Shown in pieces: positions 26,078 to 37,291 of a DNA stretch of 64,000 bases. Positions within the stretch are counted from its first letter, which is position 1. The number at the start of each line of letters is the position of its first letter. The DNA is taken from the IMG/VR virus record IMGVR_UViG_3300027801_001565. The stretch is one strand, 5' to 3'. The notes under the pieces were generated by a model. It worked only from the letters and a program-made list of their open reading frames with translations. It did no database searches and was not told the origin of the DNA. The DNA comes from a virus. A program made the translations under genes and the position numbers.

Positions 26078-27991
26078 TTAGCCGCCGATCTCTTCGAAAG
26101 CTACGCCTGTTCTGGTTGCTATAAAATTCAAAGTGATAAAGTTAACTGACTTGGCAGGTTTGATGAAAATATCAGCTATAAAATTATTGCTGTCGATAAC
26201 TTCAGCAGTATTATTAGATGTATTACATATTACCTTAAAGTCGTATATTCCTCTACGTCCTTGAACGTCCCTTAAGAATGGTGTTATAATAGATGTAAAC
26301 TGTGCTCTTGTAAATGCATCATTGAATTCAAACAACTGATATTTAGCTGCTGTTGCAATGGCTTTTTCAAGTACAATAAACAATCTTCTGACATTAATTC
26401 TATCAAAAGCACTAGGTGCTCCTAATAGTGTTTTGTCGCCGAACAATACAATCCCGTTTCCAGGGCTGTTAATTATTGGGTTAACTCCAATCTTATACAA
26501 ATTGTCTCTATTAGTCTTGTTGGGGTTCCAGGCTAGCTTTACTGCATTCCTGATCTGTCCACGATTAAAACCTGCTGGTGAATACCATGGATCACGTTCT
26601 TGGTCTGTTGTTACACATAGTCCTGCAACGTCTCCGTTTAATGGTACCCATCTATACGCATCGTTGTAGCGATCATACATGTATTTCCAGTTACTATCCA
26701 TTACACTATAACTAGTGGATGCTAATGCACCTTTGTCACCTGTTATAGATGTCTCTTCATTATTACTGTTATTAACAACAGAAGCTTGTAGAGGTGAATG
26801 GAATGAGATACAGTCTTTTCTGACTTTAGAAATATTGTCTTGTACATACTTTTGGTCTACTAAAGAGTGGCCTGCTGTAAGTACTAAAGCAATATCTGTT
26901 TGTTCTTTATCATTAAATAAAGCGTATCCAGTTTGGATATCACCTGAAGATGCTGCTGCTGTAATACCACCAGTTAAACTTACTGTAGCTTCTGCTGCTG
27001 TAAATTTACTAGTGAATGTTGTTCCAGATGCTGTTGATCCGAATGTTGCGTCGCCTGCTGGATGATCTGTCCAATAAATAAAGTCTGACTGTCTATTAAC
27101 GACATCTTTATAGTAAATTGAACCACCGTCTAATGCTTTAGCATCTGATGCTTTTGAAACGCCTTCAAATCTTTCTAGAACAGTATTAACTGTGCCTGAA
27201 AACAAGCCGTCTTCGTCAATAACAACAATGTGGAATGCGTCATTTGAGCCGCCTTCTGTTGTTACTCTTTGGCTACTATAAGGTGCGCCGTCAAATTCAT
27301 TTGCATAAGTCCAGCCTGCTGATAAGACTGCTGTAGCTGTTGCTCCAGACCCACCGCCACCACTAAAGGATATTGTAGGTGCTGATGTGTAGCCGTTGCC
27401 GTTATTAGTAACAACAATAGCTGTTACCGCTCCACCTGAAACAGTTGCTGTACCAGTAGCTGTAACTCCACCAGCCGGAGCTGCTGAAAATGTTACTGTT
27501 GGTGAACTAGTATAAGCAGATCCGCCTGCTGTTACTGTGCCGGATGCTATTGAGTTGGTATCGAAATTACTAGAATCTGCGAATGCAACTTTTAAGCTGT
27601 TTCCTATAGCGCCTGGGTACTTAGCGGCAAACATTCCGTTTGTGCCAGATCCTGTGCTATGATTATTTGTGTAGTCGTCTGCATTAGCAATAAGGACCGC
27701 TGATCCTGATGCTACTGCGTTACGGGCTGCTGTTCCTACAGCTCTAACTACTTTAAGGTTGTTACCATATGCCAAGAACGATGCTGCAGTAAAAAAGTCT
27801 ACTGCTGTAGCGTTATCGGGACGGTAAAAACGTTGTACGAGATTATTCTCTGAACTAATTGTTGTGATCTCTTGAGTTGGACCCCACTGGAAGTTACCTA
27901 CCATAGCACCTGTTGTGGTTGCTACGGCTGGGACTACACTAGTAAGATCTGTTTCTTTAACAAGAACACCTGGTGATAGCTGAAATGCCAT
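26078..27991 (-). CDS. gp18: Tail sheath protein
   Basis: [32 protein letters not shown]. Confidence 0.98.
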   Translation of the reverse strand: MAFQLSPGVLVKETDLTSVVPAVATTTGAMVGNFQWGPTQEITTISSENNLVQRFYRPDNATAVDFFTAASFLAYGNNLKVVRAVGTAARNAVASGSAVLIANADDYTNNHSTGSGTNGMFAAKYPGAIGNSLKVAFADSSNFDTNSIASGTVTAGGSAYTSSPTVTFSAAPAGGVTATGTATVSGGAVTAIVVTNNGNGYTSAPTISFSGGGGSGATATAVLSAGWTYANEFDGAPYSSQRVTTEGGSNDAFHIVVIDEDGLFSGTVNTVLERFEGVSKASDAKALDGGSIYYKDVVNRQSDFIYWTDHPAGDATFGSTASGTTFTSKFTAAEATVSLTGGITAAASSGDIQTGYALFNDKEQTDIALVLTAGHSLVDQKYVQDNISKVRKDCISFHSPLQASVVNNSNNEETSITGDKGALASTSYSVMDSNWKYMYDRYNDAYRWVPLNGDVAGLCVTTDQERDPWYSPAGFNRGQIRNAVKLAWNPNKTNRDNLYKIGVNPIINSPGNGIVLFGDKTLLGAPSAFDRINVRRLFIVLEKAIATAAKYQLFEFNDAFTRAQFTSIITPFLRDVQGRRGIYDFKVICNTSNNTAEVIDSNNFIADIFIKPAKSVNFITLNFIATRTGVAFEEIGG

Positions 27992-28122
27992 GTTTTTTCT
28001 CCTCGGTTTATATTATCTTATGAATGATACACAAGTTTTTTTTAATATCATCCAACTATTTATAAGATTTTTGTTTTATACTTCTCGGTAAGTGTAGACA
28101 CATAATTAGCATTGTGTACACA

Positions 28123-29775
28123 CTACCTATTGATAAGATCCTTAAGTTTTTTCTGCAATGCTACTGGATTATATTCGTCTTCCAGTAACCATACATCGCC
28201 ACCTAATACCTCAAACTCTGGTTCTCCGCCATCATATCTTATGAAAGGAGTTAGATTAGATTCTATCTCTCCAATCTGTGTTCCATATAAACCTTCTCTT
28301 GTGTTGACATCTACCATGTCTTTAAAGAACGATTGTCCACTTAGCCACCCAAAAAGAACCATACACATAACTAAATCATCGTGATAACCTTCGTCTGCTT
28401 GATACGATTGACTCTTCTCAACAAAGGTTGATATCTCTGATATTATATGCTCATCAAAGATCAATAATTTTTGTTCCTCAAGTAAAGATTTGAATGTAAA
28501 ACACCCCTGTCTTTTAACTTGTTTAGATGTATTGACACCTAATTTAGTACTCTTTCCGAAACCTGGACTAACATACTGCCTTTGATTCTCGGTTACAGTA
28601 CTAAGTATGTTATCGTATTCTACTTCTCCATGTAGAATCTCTACTACCTGTTGGCCAATGTCATTAGTTTCAACTAAGACAAACGCATCGTTGTAGTCTC
28701 TACCCAACTTTCCTATTATATCTGGAAACAACATAGGGGCTATTTTATTATCTCTAAACTTAGCCACTACCTCATAAGGCATTGCTGTAATATCTACAAC
28801 AACACACGCTGAATAGTCTCCACCTATACCTCTAGCAGTATCTGCTACAATAGTATAGTAATGTTTTTCTTTTGGTTCTACATATATATCTAAACCATTC
28901 TTTTGATATATTGGTTCTTTTGAACTCAATCTACCAATTGTTGTAGCATTTATTAAAGTATTTGTAGACCCTAGAAACTCACATAAAACTTCTTGATTGA
29001 ATTTAACCTCACCCAAGAGGCCTTTCTGCTCTTCCAACCACTTCTCATCTCTTCCAGGAATCTCATAGTAAGGTATGAACATGTTTTTAAACCCGTTCGT
29101 ACCCTTCTCAGATTCGTTCCAAAATTTCCAAAAGTGATTATACCCTAGTGGTGTGGACGTTAATAGTATTTTTGTTGTCTCACCCGCTGAAATTGTAGGG
29201 TATACAGATGTAAAGAACTCATCCGCTATGTTGTTAGGTATGATTGCTGCCTCATCAATGTACAACCAGTTAACTGATTTACCTCGAATTGCTGATGCTG
29301 TTGTAGCTGCTGATAATACTTTACTATTATTCTCTAACTCAACGTCACCCTTGTTCCATACCCTAACACCTTGTTGCATCCAAAGTGGTAGATTTTCGTA
29401 CATTATCTGGTACCTGTTAAGTACCTCTCTAGCAGCTGATGCTTTGTTAGCCATGATGGCTACTGTTTTGTCTTCTTGAAATATTGTGTAATGTAATATA
29501 CACGCAGCTGCTGTTACAGTTTTCCCTTGCTGTCTCCCTTCCATTAAAATTACTTTTCTCTCATCCATAATGAGATCCACTTTGCCTTTTTGGCACGGGA
29601 ATAATTTAAATGGTTGTAATCCTTTGTCTAGTGTAACGATCTTTACATAGTTTTCTATAAAGTATTTTGTATCGTTCTGACATTTAATATATTCTTCGAT
29701 TTCATGTTGTGTGAAATCATGTTTGTAAGCTAATGGTTTAAGATTAGGATTGCCGTGATACGATGATGCTTCCAT
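28123..29775 (-). CDS. gp17: Terminase large subunit
   Basis: RQQGKT, YIDEAA, STPLG.NHF, HDDLVM. Confidence 0.98.
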   Translation of the reverse strand: MEASSYHGNPNLKPLAYKHDFTQHEIEEYIKCQNDTKYFIENYVKIVTLDKGLQPFKLFPCQKGKVDLIMDERKVILMEGRQQGKTVTAAACILHYTIFQEDKTVAIMANKASAAREVLNRYQIMYENLPLWMQQGVRVWNKGDVELENNSKVLSAATTASAIRGKSVNWLYIDEAAIIPNNIADEFFTSVYPTISAGETTKILLTSTPLGYNHFWKFWNESEKGTNGFKNMFIPYYEIPGRDEKWLEEQKGLLGEVKFNQEVLCEFLGSTNTLINATTIGRLSSKEPIYQKNGLDIYVEPKEKHYYTIVADTARGIGGDYSACVVVDITAMPYEVVAKFRDNKIAPMLFPDIIGKLGRDYNDAFVLVETNDIGQQVVEILHGEVEYDNILSTVTENQRQYVSPGFGKSTKLGVNTSKQVKRQGCFTFKSLLEEQKLLIFDEHIISEISTFVEKSQSYQADEGYHDDLVMCMVLFGWLSGQSFFKDMVDVNTREGLYGTQIGEIESNLTPFIRYDGGEPEFEVLGGDVWLLEDEYNPVALQKKLKDLINR

Positions 29776-30275
29776 TATTCAACTTCACCTTCTATTGTCT
29801 TAAGGTTTTCATCCTTAAGAGCTCTTAGTAACTCCTTAGTACTGCCTACGAATAAATTGTTTGTGGTGCCTGTAGCGCCTAATTGTTTGGCCCTAGGATC
29901 TGATGCTGAGATACGTTTACTTTTCTCTTGTATCTCTAACATGTCCTTAGCTGTGTCCTGTAAGTTTTTAATTAACCCACCTGCTACTTCAAATGCACGT
30001 GGTTGATCTGAGTTTCTGGCAATGTGTAGTATGCCTTCAATAGCCTCAGCGTTATATGCCTCTGCCTGTTTTAAAATAGACCTAGCATATTGCAAATCTT
30101 CTTCTTGTTGTTGTTGGTGTAACGCTGCCTTATCCTCTTCTGTCATTACAACAGCAGGAACAGGGCGTTCTGTTTGTATTTTTCTTAGGTTCTCTTCTAA
30201 AGCTTTGGTTACTTTCTTAGTGTCAAAAGTTTCATCCAAGTCTTTAAACGTATTAGGTTTCGAAGGTTTCATCAA
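29775..30275 (-). CDS. gp16: Terminase small subunit
   Basis: PRAFEVAGGLIK, NNLFVGST.EL. Confidence 0.92.
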   Translation of the reverse strand: MMKPSKPNTFKDLDETFDTKKVTKALEENLRKIQTERPVPAVVMTEEDKAALHQQQQEEDLQYARSILKQAEAYNAEAIEGILHIARNSDQPRAFEVAGGLIKNLQDTAKDMLEIQEKSKRISASDPRAKQLGATGTTNNLFVGSTKELLRALKDENLKTIEGEVE

Positions 30276-31041
30276 AAGTCTCCATAAATGTATAGTCGTC
30301 CAAAGGCGTAGCAGTTAAAGGATTAACGGAAGTTGTAAGTGTTCCTTTATCGTTTAATGTAGTGCTAAATAGTCCTTGTGGATCATTATAAACACGGGCA
30401 ATGGCAGTTTTAATAACTTCATCACTACCAACGTGGCTGTAAAAATTCAATCTCATTGTAAAATTCAATGTCCATACTACACTTAGTCTGTTTTCAAAGG
30501 CTCCCTCATACTCGTCCTCATATCCAACATTGTCTAGTGTAATTTTAATATCTCGTTTGATTCCCATTTCAGGTAAATCGTTTATTGTAACGTTAAAGTC
30601 TGGGTTGAAGTATGGAAGTACTTGTTCCAATGCTTGTAACCCATCATCTTGGTTCTTCGCAAATATATATAAAGATAAATTCATGTTAAACGGAGTGGAA
30701 TTAAATGCTACTCTTACAGTATTAACATCGTCTCCTACACCAACTGATTTGTTCTTTTGTATTACTGCTGTCTTTCTTGCTGGATCGTATTGTAATCCTT
30801 GTATTTCAAACCCCATACGAGGTAATGTAATAGCCACTTCGCCTGCTGTACTTGTATCTGTTACCCTTGCTATCCTTGTCATAAACTTTTGTTTAGTAGA
30901 ATATGCTAATGGTATGCGTAATGTCTGAGCTACTTCGCCAGCTGCGTTCTTTCTTTCAATATTTATATTATTAAATATAGTACCAAAAGCAATGATAGCC
31001 TTTCTTATGTGACTATGGTAAAATTGTTGTCCCTTAAACAT
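30253..31041 (-). CDS. gp15: Tail sheath stabiliser/completion protein
   Basis: FYH..IRK.I.AFGT.FNNI, LPRMGFE, EQVLPYFNP. Confidence 0.93.
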   Translation of the reverse strand: MFKGQQFYHSHIRKAIIAFGTIFNNINIERKNAAGEVAQTLRIPLAYSTKQKFMTRIARVTDTSTAGEVAITLPRMGFEIQGLQYDPARKTAVIQKNKSVGVGDDVNTVRVAFNSTPFNMNLSLYIFAKNQDDGLQALEQVLPYFNPDFNVTINDLPEMGIKRDIKITLDNVGYEDEYEGAFENRLSVVWTLNFTMRLNFYSHVGSDEVIKTAIARVYNDPQGLFSTTLNDKGTLTTSVNPLTATPLDDYTFMETFDETFET

Positions 31042-31115
31042 CTAAAAAGCTCCGTAGGTCTTATAAATTACTGTGTAATGGATATTAAGGCATACTGTAT
31101 TAGCACTATTACTCA

Positions 31116-31859
31116 TTAGTTAATCTCTCCAAACGGGTTCTTCTCACTAAAGTCTAATATACCTTCAAGTGTTAATAGCCTATCAAAGTCTGCGTTGTCT
31201 ATAGGTTCAGACGTTGATGCTGAGAATGCTTCATTAAGTAATGATCCACTATCTTCCAAAGTAAATAACCCACCATCTTCTAAAAATATCTGATACTCTA
31301 ACATGTCCTGAGAGTACTTCGTTTCTATAGCATCTATTGCTGCTATACCAGTATCTAAATCTTCTGAGCTGTACTCGAATAGTTCAACTGTTATTTTAAA
31401 TACATAAATGTTACCTGCCTGGTAAAAGGGATTTTGGAATTCAACATGCTTAATCTCAAAAAGGGATTTTGTTTTGTCAAAGTATATTAAATCGCCTTCA
31501 GAAGGTCTGGCTGTTTGTGTAAATGCGCCGCCAGTAACTTGGACCATGTCTTCCCATCGTCTCTTAGCTAGTATAAAGGTAGCTTGATCTCGGACTTCCA
31601 TTCCGAAACGTGTAAATATGTCGCCCTGTCCCTCGTACCCATTTACGTTGTCGAGATACATTTCCAAAGGATAGGCTGATGTGAATCTAGATAAGGTATC
31701 CTCATCAAAGATTGTGTTTTTGTTTACTATAGTTCTTGGTAGGTAGAATGTATCGTGGCCGTATATTTTAAGGCTCTCGATAATAAGATCTTCAATAAGA
31801 CGCTGTTCGCCTGTATTGCCTATCCCACCACCATTTTGAAAAAAGAAATTTGTAGGCAT
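31116..31859 (-). CDS. gp14: Neck protein
   Basis: EQRLIEDLIIESLKIYG, RPSEGDLIY, DFSEKNPFGE. Confidence 0.95.
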   Translation of the reverse strand: MPTNFFFQNGGGIGNTGEQRLIEDLIIESLKIYGHDTFYLPRTIVNKNTIFDEDTLSRFTSAYPLEMYLDNVNGYEGQGDIFTRFGMEVRDQATFILAKRRWEDMVQVTGGAFTQTARPSEGDLIYFDKTKSLFEIKHVEFQNPFYQAGNIYVFKITVELFEYSSEDLDTGIAAIDAIETKYSQDMLEYQIFLEDGGLFTLEDSGSLLNEAFSASTSEPIDNADFDRLLTLEGILDFSEKNPFGEIN

Positions 31860-31863
31860 GTTT

Positions 31864-32841
31864 TTACCCTATCATAAACGAAGGAGGTAGCTCGTACTTT
31901 TTCTGCATCTCTAACTCTATCTGCTCTATCTCTCTAATAGCTTCGTTATAAATTGTCTCACCGTTTAATGTAACTCCGCCAGGCATTTGTACGCCAGCGA
32001 ACTTCTTGAGGTTCTCACCCCATTGTCTTTTAATTAGTGCTGTTGAATATTTCTTAAGAAACATATCATCATACACTTCATTGTATGTCGCAGGATCTAC
32101 AATAGCATATGCTTCTGCTACAATAAAGTCCCCGATGTTATATGTTTTGTCCCAATCGGTATCTACATATAGTCTGTTGGTTTTTCTGTTCCAACGTATT
32201 TGTCTTTGACTTACTAGTAACTGCTCTAATGTTGACAGATGAGATCTTACCATTGTATAGTAGATCATGTCCGCGCCCATTAAGTTATATAAGTCATTCA
32301 TTCTAAACTGATACATAAGATCAAACAGTTGTCCGTCTTTAGTAGCATTTGTAGCTGCTCCACCGAAATTAAATACTTTTGTTATTCCGATAATACCGTT
32401 ACCTATAGGTAGATATCCGTTTTCAATATCCCCTTTCTGATAAAAGTCATTAGCTGCTATAGTAGCAGTGGCACCTGATAGATGCCCTGTTACCGTCTCA
32501 CTTGCAACATAGGTGCCAGTCTGGGCGTTCTCAAAGTAAAGGAATTGTCCAGTAACATCAGTAGAATCAAACTTGGACAATGCCCCGCTTGTTCCACCTG
32601 TTAGTATGTCTCCCCTTACGAAGTTCCCGCCCAGATTAGCTGATAATTTAAGACTCGATCCAGTGACTTGATGTTTAACGTATGTTCTTTCCACACCATC
32701 GAAATGATACTCTTGGAAGAACTGAAGGGCATCATCAACTCTATCTGATACTTGGCCCTCTTCTACGTTAATCTCAATAACAGGATGCCCTAGTCTCCTA
32801 AGGCAATACTCTGTTAATTCTGTCCTACTTGATAAAGCCAT
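31864..32841 (-). CDS. gp13: Neck protein
   Basis: YCLRRLGHPVIEINV, LIKRQWGENLKKF.GVQMPGGVTLNG. Confidence 0.95.
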   Translation of the reverse strand: MALSSRTELTEYCLRRLGHPVIEINVEEGQVSDRVDDALQFFQEYHFDGVERTYVKHQVTGSSLKLSANLGGNFVRGDILTGGTSGALSKFDSTDVTGQFLYFENAQTGTYVASETVTGHLSGATATIAANDFYQKGDIENGYLPIGNGIIGITKVFNFGGAATNATKDGQLFDLMYQFRMNDLYNLMGADMIYYTMVRSHLSTLEQLLVSQRQIRWNRKTNRLYVDTDWDKTYNIGDFIVAEAYAIVDPATYNEVYDDMFLKKYSTALIKRQWGENLKKFAGVQMPGGVTLNGETIYNEAIREIEQIELEMQKKYELPPSFMIG

Positions 32842-32850
32842 TGCTTATTC

Positions 32851-34782
32851 CTAGTTTAATAATGTTCCAGCTGCATTGTATATCGAAGTACCTGTAAGTG
32901 TGGCTGTTGAGCCTTCACCTGGTGTATGTGAAACAGTAATACCGTTTCCACCTGATACTTGCGTCATAAAGTTACCTGTTGTATCCGTACCTAATGCAAC
33001 ACTATTGGCTGCTATAGTTGTACTTATACTTATATTACCTGTACCATCAAAGTTTGCAGTACCTGTTACATCGCCGCTTACTGCTATTGCTCTAGCTGTT
33101 GCCAGTGCCGTAGCTGTTGCTGCTAATCCAGATGTTGACTGGTTACCGGCTGCGTTAACACCTGGCAAGTTGATCGCTGCAGTACCATCAAATGATACCC
33201 CACCAATTGTTCTTGCTGTTGCTAATGCCGTAGCACCTGCTGCTAATGTTGAAGTTGCTGCGTTACCACTTGTTGCTTGGTTACCGGTTGCGTTAACACC
33301 TGGCAAGTTAATATTTGCAGAACCATTAAATGATACCCCGCCTATTGTTCTTGCTGTTGCTAGTGTTGTTGCTGTGCCTGCGTTACCAGTAGCTGTCCCA
33401 GCTGAACCACTTACATTACCTGTAACATCACCTGTTACGTCACCAACTAAGGTAGCGTTAAGGGTTTTGTTAAAGTTCCATCTATCGTCGGCTGAGGTAT
33501 AAGTTAATGTTGCTGCTGCTCCATCGACTGTTAGTCCTCCACCGTTAGCTGCTGCTGCGTTTGCCGCACCTTGAGCTACTGTGATGTTTAGATCTGCAAC
33601 TGTTAAAGTTGAAGAGCTAACTGTTGTTGTAGTTCCGGAAACTGTAAAGTCTCCTGTTACTGTTAAGTTATCTGATACTTGTACATTACCACTTCCATTA
33701 CCTGCTAATACTAAATTAGTATCTGTAGATTTTGATGTAAGTGAATCTGCCGCTAAGCCTGAACCAAATGTAATTGCATTACCTGCTGAGTTTGTGATAT
33801 TGCTACCGTCCTCAATTTGTAATGTGCTTTTAACAGAAACAAGCCCTGAACCAGTAGCGTCTAATTCGACATTACCTGATCCTGATGTTTGTACTGATAC
33901 GTTTTGGTTAGCATCAGCTGAGATACTAATTGTACCTGAGTTATCTTCAATAACCTTTTGTCCATTAACATACAATGAACCAGGACCTACGAATACGTCC
34001 TTCCATTGAAGTGATGAACTACCAAGACTAAATGTATCATCAGTGCTTGGGAATAGGCCTGTTGAAGTCATACTCATAACTTCTGTTCCGGCTGCGTCGA
34101 ATCTAATAGTATCTTCGTCTGCTGACTCTTCTACCTGTATTTTCGTATCGCCGTCTGCATCTTTTAAACCCTTCGCTATGATTGTGTCAAAGGTTGGTGT
34201 TGCAGTTGTTACTAAACTTTGATCTATTGCCTTCACCGCTGCTAAATCAGATAACTCGCTATCCATAAGAGCGCCTGCTGCTGTAACATTTGTTGTATCT
34301 GTTACGTCTGCTGCTGCTTCAATGGCATCTAGTTTGCTATGATCTGCTGCTGTAAAGTCATTAGTTGTTAATCCCCCATCACCTACGGTGTATGTGGTGT
34401 TAGTATCTGTTGCGTTAAGTGTTGTCCCAGTTATAGACAGGTTGCTGCCTAAATCTAAGAACGCTGTAGCGCCAGCGCTATCGTCCCAGAAGACAATTTG
34501 ATCGTCGTCTGGATCTGATAAGGATTCTAATCCTAAGTGGGATAGGTTAACCGTAACTGCTCCGCCTGTTCCTCCACCTGAAAGTCCTGTGCCTGCAGTA
34601 ACACCCGTAATATCTCCAGCTTGTATCTCTGAAAATTTTGCGAGTCTATGTCCGCCTGCTGTTGAACCGTCATGTACGAGGACTGTATCTAGCGTAGTAT
34701 CTACGGAAAGCTCACCCACGGCACCTGTAAACGAACCGTTTTGACTCGTTGTGCCTCTTCTAAATTGTACCTGTGTTGGCAT
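32851..34782 (-). CDS. Fibre protein with Mtd_N-like N-terminus
   Basis: QVQFRRGT..GELSVDT..VHDGSTAGG; Gly/Thr/Ala-rich shaft; duplicated TARTIGGVSFxG..INLPGVN. Confidence 0.8.
   Translation of the reverse strand: MPTQVQFRRGTTSQNGSFTGAVGELSVDTTLDTVLVHDGSTAGGHRLAKFSEIQAGDITGVTAGTGLSGGGTGGAVTVNLSHLGLESLSDPDDDQIVFWDDSAGATAFLDLGSNLSITGTTLNATDTNTTYTVGDGGLTTNDFTAADHSKLDAIEAAADVTDTTNVTAAGALMDSELSDLAAVKAIDQSLVTTATPTFDTIIAKGLKDADGDTKIQVEESADEDTIRFDAAGTEVMSMTSTGLFPSTDDTFSLGSSSLQWKDVFVGPGSLYVNGQKVIEDNSGTISISADANQNVSVQTSGSGNVELDATGSGLVSVKSTLQIEDGSNITNSAGNAITFGSGLAADSLTSKSTDTNLVLAGNGSGNVQVSDNLTVTGDFTVSGTTTTVSSSTLTVADLNITVAQGAANAAAANGGGLTVDGAAATLTYTSADDRWNFNKTLNATLVGDVTGDVTGNVSGSAGTATGNAGTATTLATARTIGGVSFNGSANINLPGVNATGNQATSGNAATSTLAAGATALATARTIGGVSFDGTAAINLPGVNAAGNQSTSGLAATATALATARAIAVSGDVTGTANFDGTGNISISTTIAANSVALGTDTTGNFMTQVSGGNGITVSHTPGEGSTATLTGTSIYNAAGTLLN
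33130..33365 (-). repeat. Internal tandem duplication in fibre gene (LATARTIGGVSFxGxxxINLPGVNAxGNQ x2)
   Basis: DNA repeat gcgttaacacctggcaagtt...tgataccc...attgttcttgctgttgcta seen twice. Confidence 0.8.
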
Positions 34783-34799
34783 GATTTTCTCCTAATATT

Positions 34800-35054
34800 T
34801 TAATATGTTCCGCCGTCTATGCTAGATCCATCGTCTAACGCAGAAGCTGATATTGTACCTGAAATATTCCCTACTGGAATATCCCCTGAAATGTTACCAG
34901 CTGTTGCTAGCATGAGTTCTGTACCGCCTGCGGTACTTCCATCGTGGACCCTAATAGAATTGTTTGTAGTGTTAATAGAAAGTTCCCCAACTGCACCGGT
35001 GAACGAATTGTTCTGGGTGCTGGTTCCTCTTCTAAACTGTACTGTAACTGCCAT
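34800..35054 (-). CDS. Small Mtd_N-like fibre module ending IDGGTY
   Basis: VQFRRGT..GELSINT..VHDGSTAGG, paralogue of the 32851 gene N-terminus. Confidence 0.75.
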   Translation of the reverse strand: MAVTVQFRRGTSTQNNSFTGAVGELSINTTNNSIRVHDGSTAGGTELMLATAGNISGDIPVGNISGTISASALDDGSSIDGGTY

Positions 35055-35077
35055 AAGTTTCTCCTAGTAGTATGTTA

Positions 35078-35386
35078 TTATACGCTGCCAAGATCTTCAG
35101 TTGCCAGTCTATACTTTATGTTCGTTGATAGATCGTAAATTAAGTCTAGGTACTCGCCAAACGCATCAGTACTTAAAGCCGAAGCCACGCTTCCATAATC
35201 CCCTGTAGGGAATGTGAGAGCAAGATCTTGTTCGCCGAAGTTAGCAACTTTGATTATTGCATCATTGCTGTCTCTTGCATAAAGTGTTTTATCTACGGTG
35301 TTGATCGCTACTTCACCTACGACTAGATCACTAGTTGTTGGTACTGAACCGCTCGTTTCCGATCTTTTTAATTTAATTACTGCCAT
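35078..35386 (-). CDS. Small fibre-associated virion protein
   Basis: IKLKRS..P..L..GEVAIN..D..LY N-terminal module. Confidence 0.7.
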   Translation of the reverse strand: MAVIKLKRSETSGSVPTTSDLVVGEVAINTVDKTLYARDSNDAIIKVANFGEQDLALTFPTGDYGSVASALSTDAFGEYLDLIYDLSTNIKYRLATEDLGSV

Positions 35387-35411
35387 TTGTCTTTTCCTAT
35401 TTACTTAATGT

Positions 35412-35771
35412 TTACTTTGTGTCTTTAAGTTTAGGATTAGGAATCATCGGTAACGGTCCGTCTACTTTAGGGTTGTAACCATTGGGCCTTGGAGCCCTTA
35501 CCGTTTCCGGTATTCTTGGTTTATCTACAACCTTTGCCTTCTCATCATATGAGAAGTTAGTTTCCTTTACGTTAGCCTCCGGAGCTTTTGGCTCCGGGAC
35601 TTCCCTCAATTCCTGTAGTTCCTTTGTCTGTATCTGTATTGATTCAGTTAAAGCAACTACTTCCTGCTCTTTTAGACTTAATCTAGTTTTGAATAATAAG
35701 TTTTCTTGGGTCAACTCGTTAATCTTGTTCGCTAAGTTATTAATATATTCATTGACTAATTTTTCATCCAT
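35412..35771 (-). CDS. Coiled-coil hypothetical protein
   Basis: Heptad N-terminus, Pro-rich C-terminus. Confidence 0.6.
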   Translation of the reverse strand: MDEKLVNEYINNLANKINELTQENLLFKTRLSLKEQEVVALTESIQIQTKELQELREVPEPKAPEANVKETNFSYDEKAKVVDKPRIPETVRAPRPNGYNPKVDGPLPMIPNPKLKDTK

Positions 35772-35807
35772 TTCAATTACCTTAGTATTGTTTGTTAATA
35801 ATAATTA

Positions 35808-37217
35808 CTAGTAAGTACCGCCGTCAAGAGCACCAAATGCTGGTGTTCCGTCTGCGCCAGCTATCATTACTTGACCTGCTGAACCTGCTGCTGTTACTTG
35901 TAAAGCTCCTGAACCATTACCATACATAACACCTTTAGATGTAAATGTACTAGCTCCAGTACCACCGTCTGCTACTAACAAGTCTGTAATTCCTGTAATA
36001 GTACCACCTGTGATAGTAGTGTTACTATCCTCAAGGTGAGCTACAAGTGTTGCCACTGCATAGCCTGTACCACTAGTGTTAACAGTAGTTGTTGGTGCTT
36101 CTTGTAGGTCTTTAAATATTTTCCATTTACCACTATCGTTAGCATCTCTGAATAAACCACCGTGTATATCTTGCGATCCACTAGTGTCCATCAAACCATA
36201 CAAACCAATGTCGACGACATCGCTTGCACCGTTACCTGTAGCAAGAGAGATCAATGGATCTGCTACTGCTAAAGTTGTAGAGTTTACTGTTGTAGTTGTA
36301 CCTGAAACTGTTAGGTTACCTGAAACAGTAGCGTTTCCGCCAATTGTTACATCGTCTGGTAATCCAATAGTGATTGTGTTGTTTGAAACTGTTGTTTCAA
36401 TTTCGTTTGCTGTACCCACGAAGTTAAGTGTGTCAGTACCTACTGTTACAACATCATCTGAACCAGTGTCGCCACCGATTGTTAATGATGAACTTGTAGA
36501 TGCTGTCGAAACACTTGTAATACGTCCTTGTGCGTCAACTGCGATAACAGGAATAAGTGAAGCTGAACCATATGATCCTGCTGACACTGCTGTGTTATCC
36601 AAGCTGTGTGTTACTGCGTTTCCGGAAACTACTGATGTAATACCAGTTCCACCTGAAAGGGTGAATGTTTCTGAGTCTGTAATTGCACCAGTTCCAGAAT
36701 CACCGGCAATGCCGACGTCTGTCATGTGAGCTTGTGCGTCTACATAATCCTTAACAGCACCTGAGGTAGGGATAATTGTATCACTATCTGTAAGTGTTGT
36801 TTGGAATTCTGTAGCTGTAATCGTACCGTCTGAAAGTGATCCGAACGTGACTTGACCTGTCATGTTAGCTGTTGCGCCTGCAATGCTGCCAGTTACGTCG
36901 CCAGTTATGTCGCCAGTTACATTACCTGTTAAGGCTGCTGTTACTGTGCCAGCTGCTATGTTACCACTGCCGTCTCTTTTTACAAGAGTTGAAGCTGTGT
37001 TAGCATTTGTTGCTGCGTCTACGATGTCTGTGTAAAACTTACCACCGAGCTTTTGAATAACAGCGTTACCGCCACTATCAATCGACTCAGTATAAAGTAT
37101 AGCACCTGCACCGGAGTTCGATCTATCTTCTGCGTAGGCCAATTCCCCTTCGAGTAGGTCTGAAGTAGCTGGAGCTGTTGAACCAGTACTTCTCTTAATC
37201 TGAATTGTTGTTGCCAT
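35808..37217 (-). CDS. Fibre protein ending LDGGTY
   Basis: IQIKRS..P..L.EGELAY; GNLTVSGTTTTVNSTT; DGGTGASTFT. Confidence 0.8.
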   Translation of the reverse strand: MATTIQIKRSTGSTAPATSDLLEGELAYAEDRSNSGAGAILYTESIDSGGNAVIQKLGGKFYTDIVDAATNANTASTLVKRDGSGNIAAGTVTAALTGNVTGDITGDVTGSIAGATANMTGQVTFGSLSDGTITATEFQTTLTDSDTIIPTSGAVKDYVDAQAHMTDVGIAGDSGTGAITDSETFTLSGGTGITSVVSGNAVTHSLDNTAVSAGSYGSASLIPVIAVDAQGRITSVSTASTSSSLTIGGDTGSDDVVTVGTDTLNFVGTANEIETTVSNNTITIGLPDDVTIGGNATVSGNLTVSGTTTTVNSTTLAVADPLISLATGNGASDVVDIGLYGLMDTSGSQDIHGGLFRDANDSGKWKIFKDLQEAPTTTVNTSGTGYAVATLVAHLEDSNTTITGGTITGITDLLVADGGTGASTFTSKGVMYGNGSGALQVTAAGSAGQVMIAGADGTPAFGALDGGTY

Positions 37218-37291
37218 TTGTCTATTCTCCTAGTTAAATGTCTAATTAATTTTGCATGTTATAATATAAAGCTTTATAATATATACGTTAA

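Noticed and set aside
32851-35054. Mtd-like N-termini suggesting a diversity-generating retroelement
   Set aside because: Only the N-terminal anchoring module is similar; no reverse transcriptase and no adenine-specific TR/VR repeat pair seen in the window
32876-36729. Long plus-strand ORFs (e.g. 32876-33502, 36076-36729; also 52500-53234)
   Set aside because: Antisense shadows of Gly/Thr/Ala-rich structural genes; no SD or recognisable motifs
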